64,000 bases of DNA from Actinomycetota bacterium. Lineage in GTDB: Bacteria > Actinomycetota > Humimicrobiia > Humimicrobiales > Humimicrobiaceae. Positions 39,542-49,246 of this stretch are shown here, piece after piece. Within the stretch, counting starts at the first letter, position 1. Every line of letters begins with the position of its first letter. The translations under genes and the position numbers were made by a program. Under the pieces are notes generated by a model. That model did no database searches. It was not told the DNA's origin and saw nothing but the letters and a program-made list of their open reading frames with translations. The stretch is taken from assembly GCA_051744345.1 (NCBI GenBank), contig JBNJCW010000001.1, positions 9,498 through 73,497 on the forward strand. Reading direction: 5' to 3'.

Positions 39542-41650
39542 ATGGTGAGTTTGGATAGTTTATTTTGCCCCTCTTCTGTGGCTGTAATAGGAGCTTCGAG
39601 GGAAAGTGGAAAAGTAGGCAATACCATCCTTAACAATATCATAAACTCTCAGTTTGAAGGTAAAATATTTCCCATAAACCCCAAGTCAGATATAGTCCAT
39701 GGATTAAAATGCTACAGCTCAATTTTGGATGTTCCCCAGGATGTCGACCTTGCAGTTATTGTAATCCCGGGCAAATATGTTCTGCCTGTACTGGATGAAT
39801 GCTCAAAAAAAAATGTGAAGGCGGCGATAATTATTTCTGCCGGCTTTAAGGAGGTCGGTAGAGAGGGAGCAAGACTGGAAATGGAGCTGGTCAAAAAGGC
39901 CAAAGAATACGGAATAAGGGTGCTGGGACCTAATTGCCTGGGGATGATTGATACCTCATGCCCCCTGGATGCCTCATTTTCCCCTACTTTTCCCGGCCCA
40001 GGCGCTATAAGCTTTATATCACAGTCTGGTGCCCTGGGCACTTCTGTGCTGGACTGGGCTAAATTTGCCAATATAGGAATCTCCAAATTCGTATCCCTGG
40101 GAAACAAATCAGATATTTCAGAAAATGACTGTATCAAATACATGAAAGATGATGACAGCTGCAGGGTGATTACCGCATACATTGAAGGGGTAAAGGACGG
40201 AAGGGATTTTATAGATATTTGCAAGGAGGTTTCCAAACATAAACCCATAATTGTGGTAAAGGCAGGAAACACCAGCGCAGGAGCAAAGGCGGTATCTTCA
40301 CATACCGGCACACTGGCGGGTTCGGGAGCGGCCTATACGGCGTCCTTTAAACAGTCCGGCATCATAAGGGCTAATACCATAAAAAATCTGTTTGATTATG
40401 CCAATACTTTTGCAAATCAACCATTGCCTAATGGCAAAAAAGTTGCAATAATAACAAATGCAGGGGGACCAGGAATAATGGCCACTGATGCTTGTGAGGA
40501 AAGAGATATTCCGCTGGCTACTTTGGATAAGGAAACTATAGAAAAGTTGAAAGGGTTCCTACCGGCTGCAGCCAATTTCTATAACCCGGTAGATGTTCTG
40601 GGAGATGCAGGTCCAGACAGGTACCAGAAAACCCTGGAGGTTGTTTTAGATGATAAAAGTGTGGAAGCGGTGATAGTTATATTGACCCCGCAGGCAGTTA
40701 CCCAGCCATACAAGACGGCGCAGGCTATTGTTGAGGAACTTGAAGACTGCAAGGAAAAGGTCCCGCTGATAACCTGTTTTATGGGAGGTTCAGCCGTACA
40801 GAAAGGAATAAAATACCTTAGGGACAACGGCATACCAAACTATGATATTCCCGAATCAGCGGTGGGAACGTTAAGGGTTATGTTTGAATACAGTGAATGG
40901 AAAAACAAAAAAACCGCTGCGGTTAAAGAATTTAAAGCCGACAGGCAGAAGGTAAGAGACCTTTTTAAGCAAAGGATAGAGGAAGGAAGATACGATCTGG
41001 GGGAAATGGAAGCAAGGACAGTTCTTGAAGCTTACAGCATTGCCATACCAAAAGCGGAGCTTGCAAGAGATATAGACGAAGCCAAAAAGATAGCGGAAAA
41101 AATTGGCTTTCCGGTGGTTTTAAAGATTGTATCTCCAAATATACTGCACAAAACAGATGTTGGCGGCATCAAGGTAGGCATAAATAGCCAGGAGGAGCTA
41201 GTCGAGGAATTCGAACAGATGCTGTGGAATGTAAAAAGGTATATGCCTGATGCCAACATCAAGGGAATTTTAGTACAGGAAATGATCCAGTCAAAGAAGG
41301 AGACAATTATAGGCATAAACAATGATCCTCAGTTCGGCCCTATGATAATGTTCGGGCTGGGGGGAATATATGTTGAAGTGCTAAAGGATGTTTCATTCAG
41401 GATTGCTCCCATTACCAACGATGATGCAGTGGAGATGATTAATGAGATAAAGGCTGTAAAACTGCTTAGAGGTGCAAGGGGGGAGACTCCTTCTGATATT
41501 GACAGCATTGTTGATGTGCTTGTGAGGATTTCTCAGCTGGTAATGGATTTTCCTGAAATTATTGAAATGGATATAAATCCGCTGTTTGTAAAGAAAAAAG
41601 GCGAGGGCTCAATAGCTGGTGATGTTAGAATAAGAATAGGTGAAAATTAA
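39542..41650 (+). CDS. Acetyl-CoA synthetase (ADP-forming), fused alpha/beta (NDP-forming acyl-CoA synthetase)
   Basis: The N-terminal CoA-binding domain starts VAVIGASRESGKVG. A succinyl-CoA-synthetase-like flavodoxin domain and a C-terminal ATP-grasp domain follow. Length 702 aa. Confidence 0.8.
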   Translation: MVSLDSLFCPSSVAVIGASRESGKVGNTILNNIINSQFEGKIFPINPKSDIVHGLKCYSSILDVPQDVDLAVIVIPGKYVLPVLDECSKKNVKAAIIISAGFKEVGREGARLEMELVKKAKEYGIRVLGPNCLGMIDTSCPLDASFSPTFPGPGAISFISQSGALGTSVLDWAKFANIGISKFVSLGNKSDISENDCIKYMKDDDSCRVITAYIEGVKDGRDFIDICKEVSKHKPIIVVKAGNTSAGAKAVSSHTGTLAGSGAAYTASFKQSGIIRANTIKNLFDYANTFANQPLPNGKKVAIITNAGGPGIMATDACEERDIPLATLDKETIEKLKGFLPAAANFYNPVDVLGDAGPDRYQKTLEVVLDDKSVEAVIVILTPQAVTQPYKTAQAIVEELEDCKEKVPLITCFMGGSAVQKGIKYLRDNGIPNYDIPESAVGTLRVMFEYSEWKNKKTAAVKEFKADRQKVRDLFKQRIEEGRYDLGEMEARTVLEAYSIAIPKAELARDIDEAKKIAEKIGFPVVLKIVSPNILHKTDVGGIKVGINSQEELVEEFEQMLWNVKRYMPDANIKGILVQEMIQSKKETIIGINNDPQFGPMIMFGLGGIYVEVLKDVSFRIAPITNDDAVEMINEIKAVKLLRGARGETPSDIDSIVDVLVRISQLVMDFPEIIEMDINPLFVKKKGEGSIAGDVRIRIGEN

Positions 41651-41664
41651 GAGAGGAGGCAAAT

Positions 41665-42729
41665 ATGTTCCCTTTGTTTTTCATTTCGAATAAGCCTTAT
41701 TCCGGTAAGAGTTCAATGTGCGTGGGATTGGGCAAAAAGTTTGCGGCTGACGGCCTGAAGGTGGGCTATATGAAACCTGTCGGTACTTTACCCATCAGGG
41801 AAGGGGGAATTACTACCGATGAAGATGCCCAGTACATTTCAGGGATTCTGAATGTAAAAGATGACCTGGAAAACATTTCACCTATTGTGATGACCCAGCA
41901 GTATATAAGGCAGGGCCTCAGGGAAAACAAATTTGGGGAAGATTTTCTGGATACCATACATAAGTCATATCAGCAGATAAGCAAGAATAAGGACGTTGTC
42001 GTTTTAGAAGGGGCAAAAAGTGTAGAGGACGGCTACTTCTTAGGTGTTTCATCACGGGAGATCTGCTGCAGGCTGGGAGCAAAAGCCATACTGGTTATGA
42101 GGTATTGCTCGGAGATAATTGACCAGATACTTTATGCCAGAGAGTTTTTAAATGATTGTTTCGGGGGAGTTATAATAAACTGGGTTCCCCGGAGCCAGAT
42201 TGAATTTTTAACAGAGCTTGTATTGCCCTTCCTTAAGAAGAAGTCGGTTAATGTATATGGGTATATACCCTCTAACAAAATACTTTCTTCGGTAAGCATA
42301 AGAGAGATGTCCCAGCATCTGGACGGCCAGATTATATGTGCTGAGGACAAGATTGATGAACTGGTAGAATCCTTTATGGTTGGGGCTATGGGCCAGGAAC
42401 AGGCCTTAAAATTTTTCAGGAGAAAGGCCAATAAGGCTGTAATTACCGGAGGAGATAGAGCGGATGTACAATTGGCTGCACTTGAAACTCCGACCAAATG
42501 CCTGATACTTACCGGAAATTTCCAGCCCAGCAGCGTGGTTCTAGGACGTGCAGAGGAACTGGGCATCCCTATGATACTGGTAAATTATGATACCCTTACC
42601 GCAGTGGAGAAGGTCGAAGAAATAATAGGGCATGTTAGATTCCATGAAATCAAAAAAATTGATAAAATAGTTGAAGTAATAAAAGAGTGCATAGATACAG
42701 AAGCCCTGCTGCAGCTGGCAAAAAAATAA
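41665..42729 (+). CDS. DRTGG domain protein resembling the N-terminal regulatory half of class II phosphotransacetylase (BioD/CobQ-like P-loop fold plus DRTGG)
   Basis: The N-terminus NKPYSGKSSMCVGL resembles a dethiobiotin-synthetase-like nucleotide-binding fold. AVITGGDRADVQLAA matches the DRTGG motif. There is no PTA_PTB catalytic domain. Length 354 aa. Confidence 0.65.
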   Translation: MFPLFFISNKPYSGKSSMCVGLGKKFAADGLKVGYMKPVGTLPIREGGITTDEDAQYISGILNVKDDLENISPIVMTQQYIRQGLRENKFGEDFLDTIHKSYQQISKNKDVVVLEGAKSVEDGYFLGVSSREICCRLGAKAILVMRYCSEIIDQILYAREFLNDCFGGVIINWVPRSQIEFLTELVLPFLKKKSVNVYGYIPSNKILSSVSIREMSQHLDGQIICAEDKIDELVESFMVGAMGQEQALKFFRRKANKAVITGGDRADVQLAALETPTKCLILTGNFQPSSVVLGRAEELGIPMILVNYDTLTAVEKVEEIIGHVRFHEIKKIDKIVEVIKECIDTEALLQLAKK

Positions 42730-42750
42730 TTTGGAAAGGTTAAACTGTAG

Positions 42751-43758
42751 GTGGAATCTGGTAAGTACAGCATAGTAATAGATGCCATGGGTGGAGACTA
42801 TGCACCCCATGAGGTCATAAAGGGCGCAGATAAGGCTGCCTCCCTGGATGATGTCGAGGTACTGTTGGCGGGAAACAGGCAGAAAATAGAGAAGGCTGCA
42901 TCTGAATTAGGCATATCCCTGGATAAAATGAAAATAATAGAGGCTGGCCAGGAAATATCCATGGACCAGTCCCCTTCCTACGTTCTAAAGCACGGTAAGG
43001 ATTCATCCATTTTTAAAGGTACTGCAGCTGTTGCCGGGCTGGGCAGCGGCGCATTCCTTTCAGCAGGAAACACCGGGGCAGTAATGGCCTGTTCTCTCTT
43101 TAATATGAAGAGGATTGAAGGGGTGTTAAGGCCGGCAATTGCGGTGGTTATCCCCATAGGAATAAAAAACCTGGTTTTACTGGATGCGGGAGCTAATGTT
43201 GACTGCAAGCCCCAGTACCTGGAACAGTTTGCCCTTATGGGCAAGATTTATGCACAGAATATTATAGGCCTACAGGATCCTGCGGTTGGGCTTCTAAATA
43301 TTGGGTCTGAAGAAAAAAAGGGTAATGAATTAACCATTGAGGCTTACAAACTGCTAAAACAGGCAGATATTAATTTTACTGGAAATGTGGAAGGCAGGGA
43401 TTTGTTTGAGGGTGCTGTAGATATTGCAATTTGTGATGGATTTATTGGCAATATACTATTAAAATCTATAGAAGGACTGGCAGGACTTCTTTTCAGCGAG
43501 CTAAAAAGTGTGCTGACCAAGAATATAATTAATAAACTGATGGCCCTGGGCCTGAAGAAATCGCTCAAGGGAATGAAAAAGAAGTTTGACTATGAAGAGT
43601 ATGGAGGGGCTTATCTTTTGGGAATAAATGGAATAACCATAATATCTCATGGCAGTTCCAAGGAAAAAGCTATATATAATGCGGCAAAAGTTGCTTACGG
43701 AGGAATAAAGGCAGACCTGGTAGGCAAATTAAAACAGGAAATAAAAAGTAAATCATAA
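42751..43758 (+). CDS. plsX: Phosphate acyltransferase PlsX
   Basis: IVIDAMGGDYAP N-terminus, GTG start, 335 aa. Confidence 0.9.
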   Translation: MESGKYSIVIDAMGGDYAPHEVIKGADKAASLDDVEVLLAGNRQKIEKAASELGISLDKMKIIEAGQEISMDQSPSYVLKHGKDSSIFKGTAAVAGLGSGAFLSAGNTGAVMACSLFNMKRIEGVLRPAIAVVIPIGIKNLVLLDAGANVDCKPQYLEQFALMGKIYAQNIIGLQDPAVGLLNIGSEEKKGNELTIEAYKLLKQADINFTGNVEGRDLFEGAVDIAICDGFIGNILLKSIEGLAGLLFSELKSVLTKNIINKLMALGLKKSLKGMKKKFDYEEYGGAYLLGINGITIISHGSSKEKAIYNAAKVAYGGIKADLVGKLKQEIKSKS

Positions 43759-43770
43759 TCGGGAGGTATA

Positions 43771-44004
43771 ATGGAGAATTTCGAAAAACTGAAGGAAATA
43801 CTTGTTGATGTTTTGGGGGCAAAGGAAGAGGATGTAACCCCGGAAAGCAAGTTTGTGGATGACCTTGGTGCAGATTCTCTTGATCTTGTGGAACTTATAA
43901 TGTCTTTTGAAGACAAGTTTGGTATTGAAATAAGTGATGAGGAAGCTGAAAAGCTGGAGGCAGTCCAGGATGCCTTAAACTACATAGATAAGCATGCAAA
44001 ATAA
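43771..44004 (+). CDS. acpP: Acyl carrier protein
   Basis: [14 protein letters not shown] phosphopantetheine attachment site. Confidence 0.9.
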   Translation: MENFEKLKEILVDVLGAKEEDVTPESKFVDDLGADSLDLVELIMSFEDKFGIEISDEEAEKLEAVQDALNYIDKHAK

Positions 44005-44741
44005 TGAAGGTGTCTATTATTGGAATGGAAGAAGTAGGTGTACTAAGAACAAGAATAAGTCAATGGCTTAAAAGCATAGGTATAGGTACAGAAGATTTAA
44101 AAATATACATACAAAGCCTTACCCACCGCTCTTTTGCCAGGGAAATAAATGTCGAGTCCCGCGGGAACGAGCAGCTGGAGTTTCTGGGGGATAGTGTCCT
44201 CTCATTTATAGTAACTTCCTATCTTTATAAAAACTACGGCAATTATACAGAAGGAAAGCTGGCCAAGATAAGGGCCATTCTGGTAAATGAGAAAACTCTG
44301 GCCAGGATAGCCAGGGAAGTTGGCGTTGATAAAGAAATCCTTTTGAGTGAAAACGAAGAAAGCTGTCAGGGCAGAAGCAAGGATTCTATACTGGCTGACA
44401 GTTTTGAAGCTTTTATTGGCGCCATTTATATCGACAAAGGGATTGAGTTTGCAAGTAACTGGCTTCTGGAAAGGTTTGAAGACAAGATAGAAGAAAAGGT
44501 ATTTAGGCCAAAAATAACAGACTACAAGACCTATCTTCAGGAAGCGGTACAGGCAGATTATGCCAAACTGGTGAAGTACAAAATGATAAAGTCAGACGGG
44601 CCGGATCACCAGAAGCTTTTCCACTCAGTGTCTATGATTGATAATAAAATTATTGGCAGGGGAGAAGGCAGGAGCAAGAAAAAATCAGAACAGGCAGCTG
44701 CAAAAGATGCATTGGTAAAATTATTTAATATAGAAGTTTAG
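44004..44741 (+). CDS. rnc: Ribonuclease III
   Basis: ERLEFLGDSVL catalytic motif and a C-terminal dsRBD. Confidence 0.9.
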   Translation: MKVSIIGMEEVGVLRTRISQWLKSIGIGTEDLKIYIQSLTHRSFAREINVESRGNEQLEFLGDSVLSFIVTSYLYKNYGNYTEGKLAKIRAILVNEKTLARIAREVGVDKEILLSENEESCQGRSKDSILADSFEAFIGAIYIDKGIEFASNWLLERFEDKIEEKVFRPKITDYKTYLQEAVQADYAKLVKYKMIKSDGPDHQKLFHSVSMIDNKIIGRGEGRSKKKSEQAAAKDALVKLFNIEV

Positions 44742-44750
44742 GTCGGGAAA

Positions 44751-46961
44751 TTGTATTTAAAGACTATTACTCTCCGCGGTTTTAAATCATTTAAATCTAA
44801 AAGCACTCTTACCTTTGAGCCGGGCATAAGCGTGGTTGTGGGCCCTAACGGCAGCGGCAAAAGCAATATTGCCGATGCAATATCCTGGGTTTTAGGGGAA
44901 CAAAGCCCCAAATCCCTTAGGGGGAGCAGCATGGGTGATGTAATTTTTAGAAACAGGCAGGAAGAGATGGGGATAGCAGAAGTATCCCTTGTTTTTGATA
45001 ACCGGGACAGGACCATAGATCTTGATTTTAGTGATGTGAGGATTACGCGCAGGGTTTATTTGGAGGGCGGCAGTGACTACTTTATAAACAGCTCTCCCAC
45101 CAGGCTTATGGATATCCAGGATTTGCTTGCTGCCACCGGTATAGGCAAGGGGCTTTATACAATAATAAATCAGGGACAGATAAATGAAATAGCAATGCTC
45201 AAACCGGTTGAAAGAAAATTGATAATTGATGAAGTGGTGGGTATCGCCAAGCACAAGAACAGGAGGGATAAGGCCCTTTTAAAGCTGGGAAGGGTAAAAG
45301 AGGATATTGGCCGTATTGATGATTTGCTGGAAGAGATAAAGAGGACCATGGTTCCCCTGGAAGTGGAAGCCGGCAAGGCCAGGGAGTATTCAGGGGTATT
45401 AAACCAGCTAAAGAGTGAGGAGATATCCTTTTTTATGAGTGAGTTGAACCGGCTTAATGAAGCCTGGAAAGAAAAGAACGAAGAAGAGGCAAGCCTGAGG
45501 AAAAAGCAGGAGGAATCAGGGGAGGAACTGGCCAGGCAGACAGAAAAGTATAATAATTACAAAAATGAAATCTCAGAGAAACTCAGCCAGTACCGTTATT
45601 GGGAGAATACGGTCAGCAGGCTGGAACATGAAACAGGGCGCCTTGATAATATGCTGGAGCTTATCTTTAGCAAGGTTAATGTATTTTCCACCCTGTCTAA
45701 TATGTTTGATAGAAAGACAGCAACCCCGGAACAAAAAAAAGGTGATTCCGTATACCGGAGGCTGAAGGATTTACAGATGCTGGTGCATGATTATACTGGC
45801 AAGGTTGCAAAGATTCTTTCCGGATACAATAGAGCCGGAGAAATTGACAGCCAGGCAAGAGATATCCACCAGAAAATTAACCAGCTGCTGGATTTATTCC
45901 GAGAGGACATGCAAAAAGAACAGAAAAAAGAAGAAAGGCAAAAGATAAACCTTGTATTCAGGCAGGCCTGCATTAAGAATTTAAAAAAAGCCAAAAAACT
46001 TTTAGGGATTGTAGAGGCTTTCAAAAAGAGGGCGCACAGCCTGGAAGAAAGAATTTATCCGCATTTTAAGGAGGTAAAAAAAGATGTTGAACAGGAAAGG
46101 GCATTAATTGATCAGCTGGGAAAAAAACTTAATGAAATAAGGATGGAGAATAACAGCATAGAAAACAAGCTTTACAGGCACAAGCTGGATAAGGAACAGA
46201 TAAAGGAAAAAACCGAAAACATAACTACCTACATTGTGGACAACTATAATCTTTCTATTGACTACATACTTAAAAATTACGAGGCCTCCGGGGATATTGA
46301 GAGGAGCCAGAGGAATATAAGCAGGCTTAAAAAAAAGGTTAAGGAATTCGGGAACATAAACCCCAATGCATCCATTGAATATGAGAGGATAAAAAAAAGG
46401 TACGATTTTTTAAACAGCCAAAGAAATGACCTGGTGGAAAGTAAAGGCAAGCTTGAAAAATTAATAGAGGATGTAGAGAAGCAGATAATGGAGGCTTTCC
46501 TGCAGAAATTCGAGCAGATTAATAAAAGTTTTAGCTATTATTTTAAGATACTGTTCCCTGTTGGGGAGGGAGAACTCATGCTGCTGTCAGAAGATGGCGG
46601 CAGCGAGTTTGGAGTTGACCTTAAAGTAGATATAGGTAATAATAAATTTGTTCCGTTATCATTGTTATCAGGTGGTGAGAAGACTTTAGTTTCCATAGCT
46701 TTTTTATTTTCCATATTTTCAACAAATTTATCCCCATTTTATGTTTTTGATGAAGCAGATGCTGCGCTGGATGATGTAAATATTGACCGGTTCCTGTCTC
46801 TGGTAAGAAAATTTGCTGAAAGGCAGCAAATAATACTGATAACCCACCAGAAAAAAACAATGGAAATAGCAGATACTATTTATGGGGTTAGCATGCAGTC
46901 AGACGGGGTATCAAAGATAGTGTCTGAGAAGATAAGTGATAATTATGCAAAAACTAATTAA
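44751..46961 (+). CDS. smc: SMC-family chromosome partition protein, unusually short (736 aa) with no recognisable hinge
   Basis: Canonical SMC N-head (LRGFKSFKSK...VVGPNGSGKSNIADAISWVLGEQS), C-head LSGGEKTLVSIAFLFSIF and Walker B FYVFDEADAALD. Canonical rnc-smc-ftsY position. TTG start. Confidence 0.75.
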   Translation: MYLKTITLRGFKSFKSKSTLTFEPGISVVVGPNGSGKSNIADAISWVLGEQSPKSLRGSSMGDVIFRNRQEEMGIAEVSLVFDNRDRTIDLDFSDVRITRRVYLEGGSDYFINSSPTRLMDIQDLLAATGIGKGLYTIINQGQINEIAMLKPVERKLIIDEVVGIAKHKNRRDKALLKLGRVKEDIGRIDDLLEEIKRTMVPLEVEAGKAREYSGVLNQLKSEEISFFMSELNRLNEAWKEKNEEEASLRKKQEESGEELARQTEKYNNYKNEISEKLSQYRYWENTVSRLEHETGRLDNMLELIFSKVNVFSTLSNMFDRKTATPEQKKGDSVYRRLKDLQMLVHDYTGKVAKILSGYNRAGEIDSQARDIHQKINQLLDLFREDMQKEQKKEERQKINLVFRQACIKNLKKAKKLLGIVEAFKKRAHSLEERIYPHFKEVKKDVEQERALIDQLGKKLNEIRMENNSIENKLYRHKLDKEQIKEKTENITTYIVDNYNLSIDYILKNYEASGDIERSQRNISRLKKKVKEFGNINPNASIEYERIKKRYDFLNSQRNDLVESKGKLEKLIEDVEKQIMEAFLQKFEQINKSFSYYFKILFPVGEGELMLLSEDGGSEFGVDLKVDIGNNKFVPLSLLSGGEKTLVSIAFLFSIFSTNLSPFYVFDEADAALDDVNIDRFLSLVRKFAERQQIILITHQKKTMEIADTIYGVSMQSDGVSKIVSEKISDNYAKTN

Positions 46962-47817
46962 AAATTTTAACTATTTTATAGGCAAAATAAAAAATAATGA
47001 CCGGGATGTCTGGGATGAGCTTGAAGAGCAGCTGGTTTTAAGTGATGTGAATGCAGCCTGTGCGCAAAGGTTAATTGGTGAGATAAAATCCGAGATCTAT
47101 TCCAGTAAATTAAGCGGCGGGGATGCTGTAAAAGGGCTGCTTAAGCAAAAGATAGCGGAAATGCTTTCCAGCAATAATGAAGGTATGCTGAAAGTCTCAG
47201 GCCAAAAGCCCACGGTTTACCTGATAGTGGGGGTAAACGGGGTAGGCAAAACATCCACTCTGGCTAAAATAGCCAATATGTTGCAATGTCAGGGAAAAAA
47301 AGTTTTAATTGCAGCTGCAGATACATACAGGGCGGCGGCGGCAGAACAGGTACAATCATATGCAGAAAGGATGGGGGTTGAGGTTGTACGGCACCAGAGG
47401 AATTCCGATCCGGGGGCGGTTGTCTATGACAGTATTGAAAAAGCAGCAGCCAGGGACATAGACTTTGTTCTGGTGGATACGGCCGGGAGGATGCAGACCT
47501 CCTATAACCTGATGGAGGAACTTAAAAAAATCAAAAGAGTGGTAAATAAAAAGATAGGCAGGGAACCTGATGAAATACTGATGGTAATAGATTCTACTAC
47601 CGGCCAGAATGCGATAATGCAGGCAAATACCTTCAATAAAGCTTTAGGCCTTAGCGGCATAGTCCTTACAAAGACTGATGGGACCTCCAAAGGAGGTATT
47701 ATCCTAAGCTTGAAAGAGCAGCTGGGCTTGCCCATAAAACTGGTAACCTTCGGGGAAAAGCTTGAGGATATATCCCTTTTTGACCCTAAAAATTATACTG
47801 ATATGCTGATAAACTGA
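46936..47817 (+). CDS. ftsY: Signal recognition particle receptor FtsY (NG domain only)
   Basis: GVNGVGKTSTLAKIA and DTAGR motifs. Overlaps the smc 3' end by 26 nt. The start may be the ATG at 46945. Confidence 0.9.
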   Translation: MIIMQKLIKNFNYFIGKIKNNDRDVWDELEEQLVLSDVNAACAQRLIGEIKSEIYSSKLSGGDAVKGLLKQKIAEMLSSNNEGMLKVSGQKPTVYLIVGVNGVGKTSTLAKIANMLQCQGKKVLIAAADTYRAAAAEQVQSYAERMGVEVVRHQRNSDPGAVVYDSIEKAAARDIDFVLVDTAGRMQTSYNLMEELKKIKRVVNKKIGREPDEILMVIDSTTGQNAIMQANTFNKALGLSGIVLTKTDGTSKGGIILSLKEQLGLPIKLVTFGEKLEDISLFDPKNYTDMLIN

Positions 47818-47835
47818 TGATGAGGTGAATGGATT

Positions 47836-49167
47836 ATGTTTGACTTTTTAACTTCTAAATTTGAGGACTTATTCTATAAAATCAGGAATAAGGGCAAATT
47901 AAGCCCTAGTGACCTGGATAGTTCGTTCAGGGAGATAAAGCTGGCCCTGCTGGAAGCTGATGTTAATTTTAAGGTGGTAAAGGAATTTTTGGAAAACATA
48001 AAGCAGAAAGCAATAGGCAACCAGGTTACCGAAAGCCTGACCCCCTACCAGCAAATAGTAAAGATTGTAAATGACGAGATTATAAATATGCTGGGAAGCT
48101 CATCGGCAAAACTAAATTTTTCCAGCAAGCCCCCCACGGTGATAATGATGGTCGGCCTGCAGGGAACGGGAAAGACTTCAGCAGTGGTAAAGCTTGCCAA
48201 TTTTTTAAAAAATGAATACGGCAAAAAAGTCTCTGTTGTTGCTTCAGACATATACAGGCCGGCAGCTGTGGATCAGCTCAAGGATATGTCCCAGTCAATT
48301 GGCGTTGAGGTTTACTGGGAGAACAATTCGGAACCGGTGAAGATATCTGAAAGGGGAGTGCAGAAGTTCAGAAAGCAGGGAAGTGATGTAGTTATTATCG
48401 ATACCGCAGGAAGGCTGCATATAGACAATAATATGATGGATGAGGTTGCAAACATAAAAAAAAGGGTAAAGCCGCATCAGGTTTACCTGGTCCTTGATGC
48501 CATGACCGGCCAGGAAGCAGTAAATATTGCTTCAAGCTTTAATTCCAGGGTAGAGTGTGATGGCATAATACTTACCAAACTGGATAGCGATACCAGGGGC
48601 GGTGCAGCCCTGTCGGTTTATTATGTAACCAAAAAACCCATAAAATTTATGTCTACTGGAGAAAAGGTTTCTGATTTTGAAGTATTCCATCCGGACCGGG
48701 TAGCCTCAAGGATACTGGGCATGGGTGATATAATGACCCTGGTTGAGAATGCGGAGAAAAATATTGATGAGAAAAAAGCCAAAAAATTTGAAGAGAAAAT
48801 AAGGAAGAATGAATTAAATTTCGAAGATTTTGTGGATCAGATAAAAAGCATAAAGAAAATAGGCTCCCTGGATAAAGTATTTTCCATGCTTCCGGTAGCA
48901 GGCAAGAACAAAATGTTTAAAAATGTCAACCTTGATGACTCGCAGCTTAAACCGGTTGAAGCCATTATTGGGTCAATGACCAAGGAGGAAAGGAGAAAAC
49001 CTCAAATAATTAATGGAAGCAGGAAAAGGAGAATAGCTAAGGGAAGCGGAACATCGGTTGCTGAAGTAAACAGGCTTCTTAAACAGTTTGAAAACACGAA
49101 AAAGATGCTAAAACAGTTTTCAGGCCTGGAACAGGATTCAGGATCTTTGTTTAGTAAAATGAAGTAA
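47836..49167 (+). CDS. ffh: Signal recognition particle protein Ffh
   Basis: MVGLQGTGKTS and DTAGRL motifs with a Met-rich M domain, 443 aa. Confidence 0.95.
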   Translation: MFDFLTSKFEDLFYKIRNKGKLSPSDLDSSFREIKLALLEADVNFKVVKEFLENIKQKAIGNQVTESLTPYQQIVKIVNDEIINMLGSSSAKLNFSSKPPTVIMMVGLQGTGKTSAVVKLANFLKNEYGKKVSVVASDIYRPAAVDQLKDMSQSIGVEVYWENNSEPVKISERGVQKFRKQGSDVVIIDTAGRLHIDNNMMDEVANIKKRVKPHQVYLVLDAMTGQEAVNIASSFNSRVECDGIILTKLDSDTRGGAALSVYYVTKKPIKFMSTGEKVSDFEVFHPDRVASRILGMGDIMTLVENAEKNIDEKKAKKFEEKIRKNELNFEDFVDQIKSIKKIGSLDKVFSMLPVAGKNKMFKNVNLDDSQLKPVEAIIGSMTKEERRKPQIINGSRKRRIAKGSGTSVAEVNRLLKQFENTKKMLKQFSGLEQDSGSLFSKMK

Positions 49168-49177
49168 TAAAAAAATT

Positions 49178-49206
49178 TTGCAAGATGTTAATAAAAATAT
49201 ATAATA
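49178..49206 (+). promoter_or_regulatory. Sigma70-type promoter TTGCAA-16/17-TATAAT for the rpsP-rimM-trmD-rplS cluster
   Basis: Read directly from the sequence. A GGAGG RBS precedes the TTG start of rpsP. Confidence 0.45.
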
Positions 49207-49246
49207 ATTAGACAATCGCAATGAACTGTGATAGGAGGTTAAAGTA

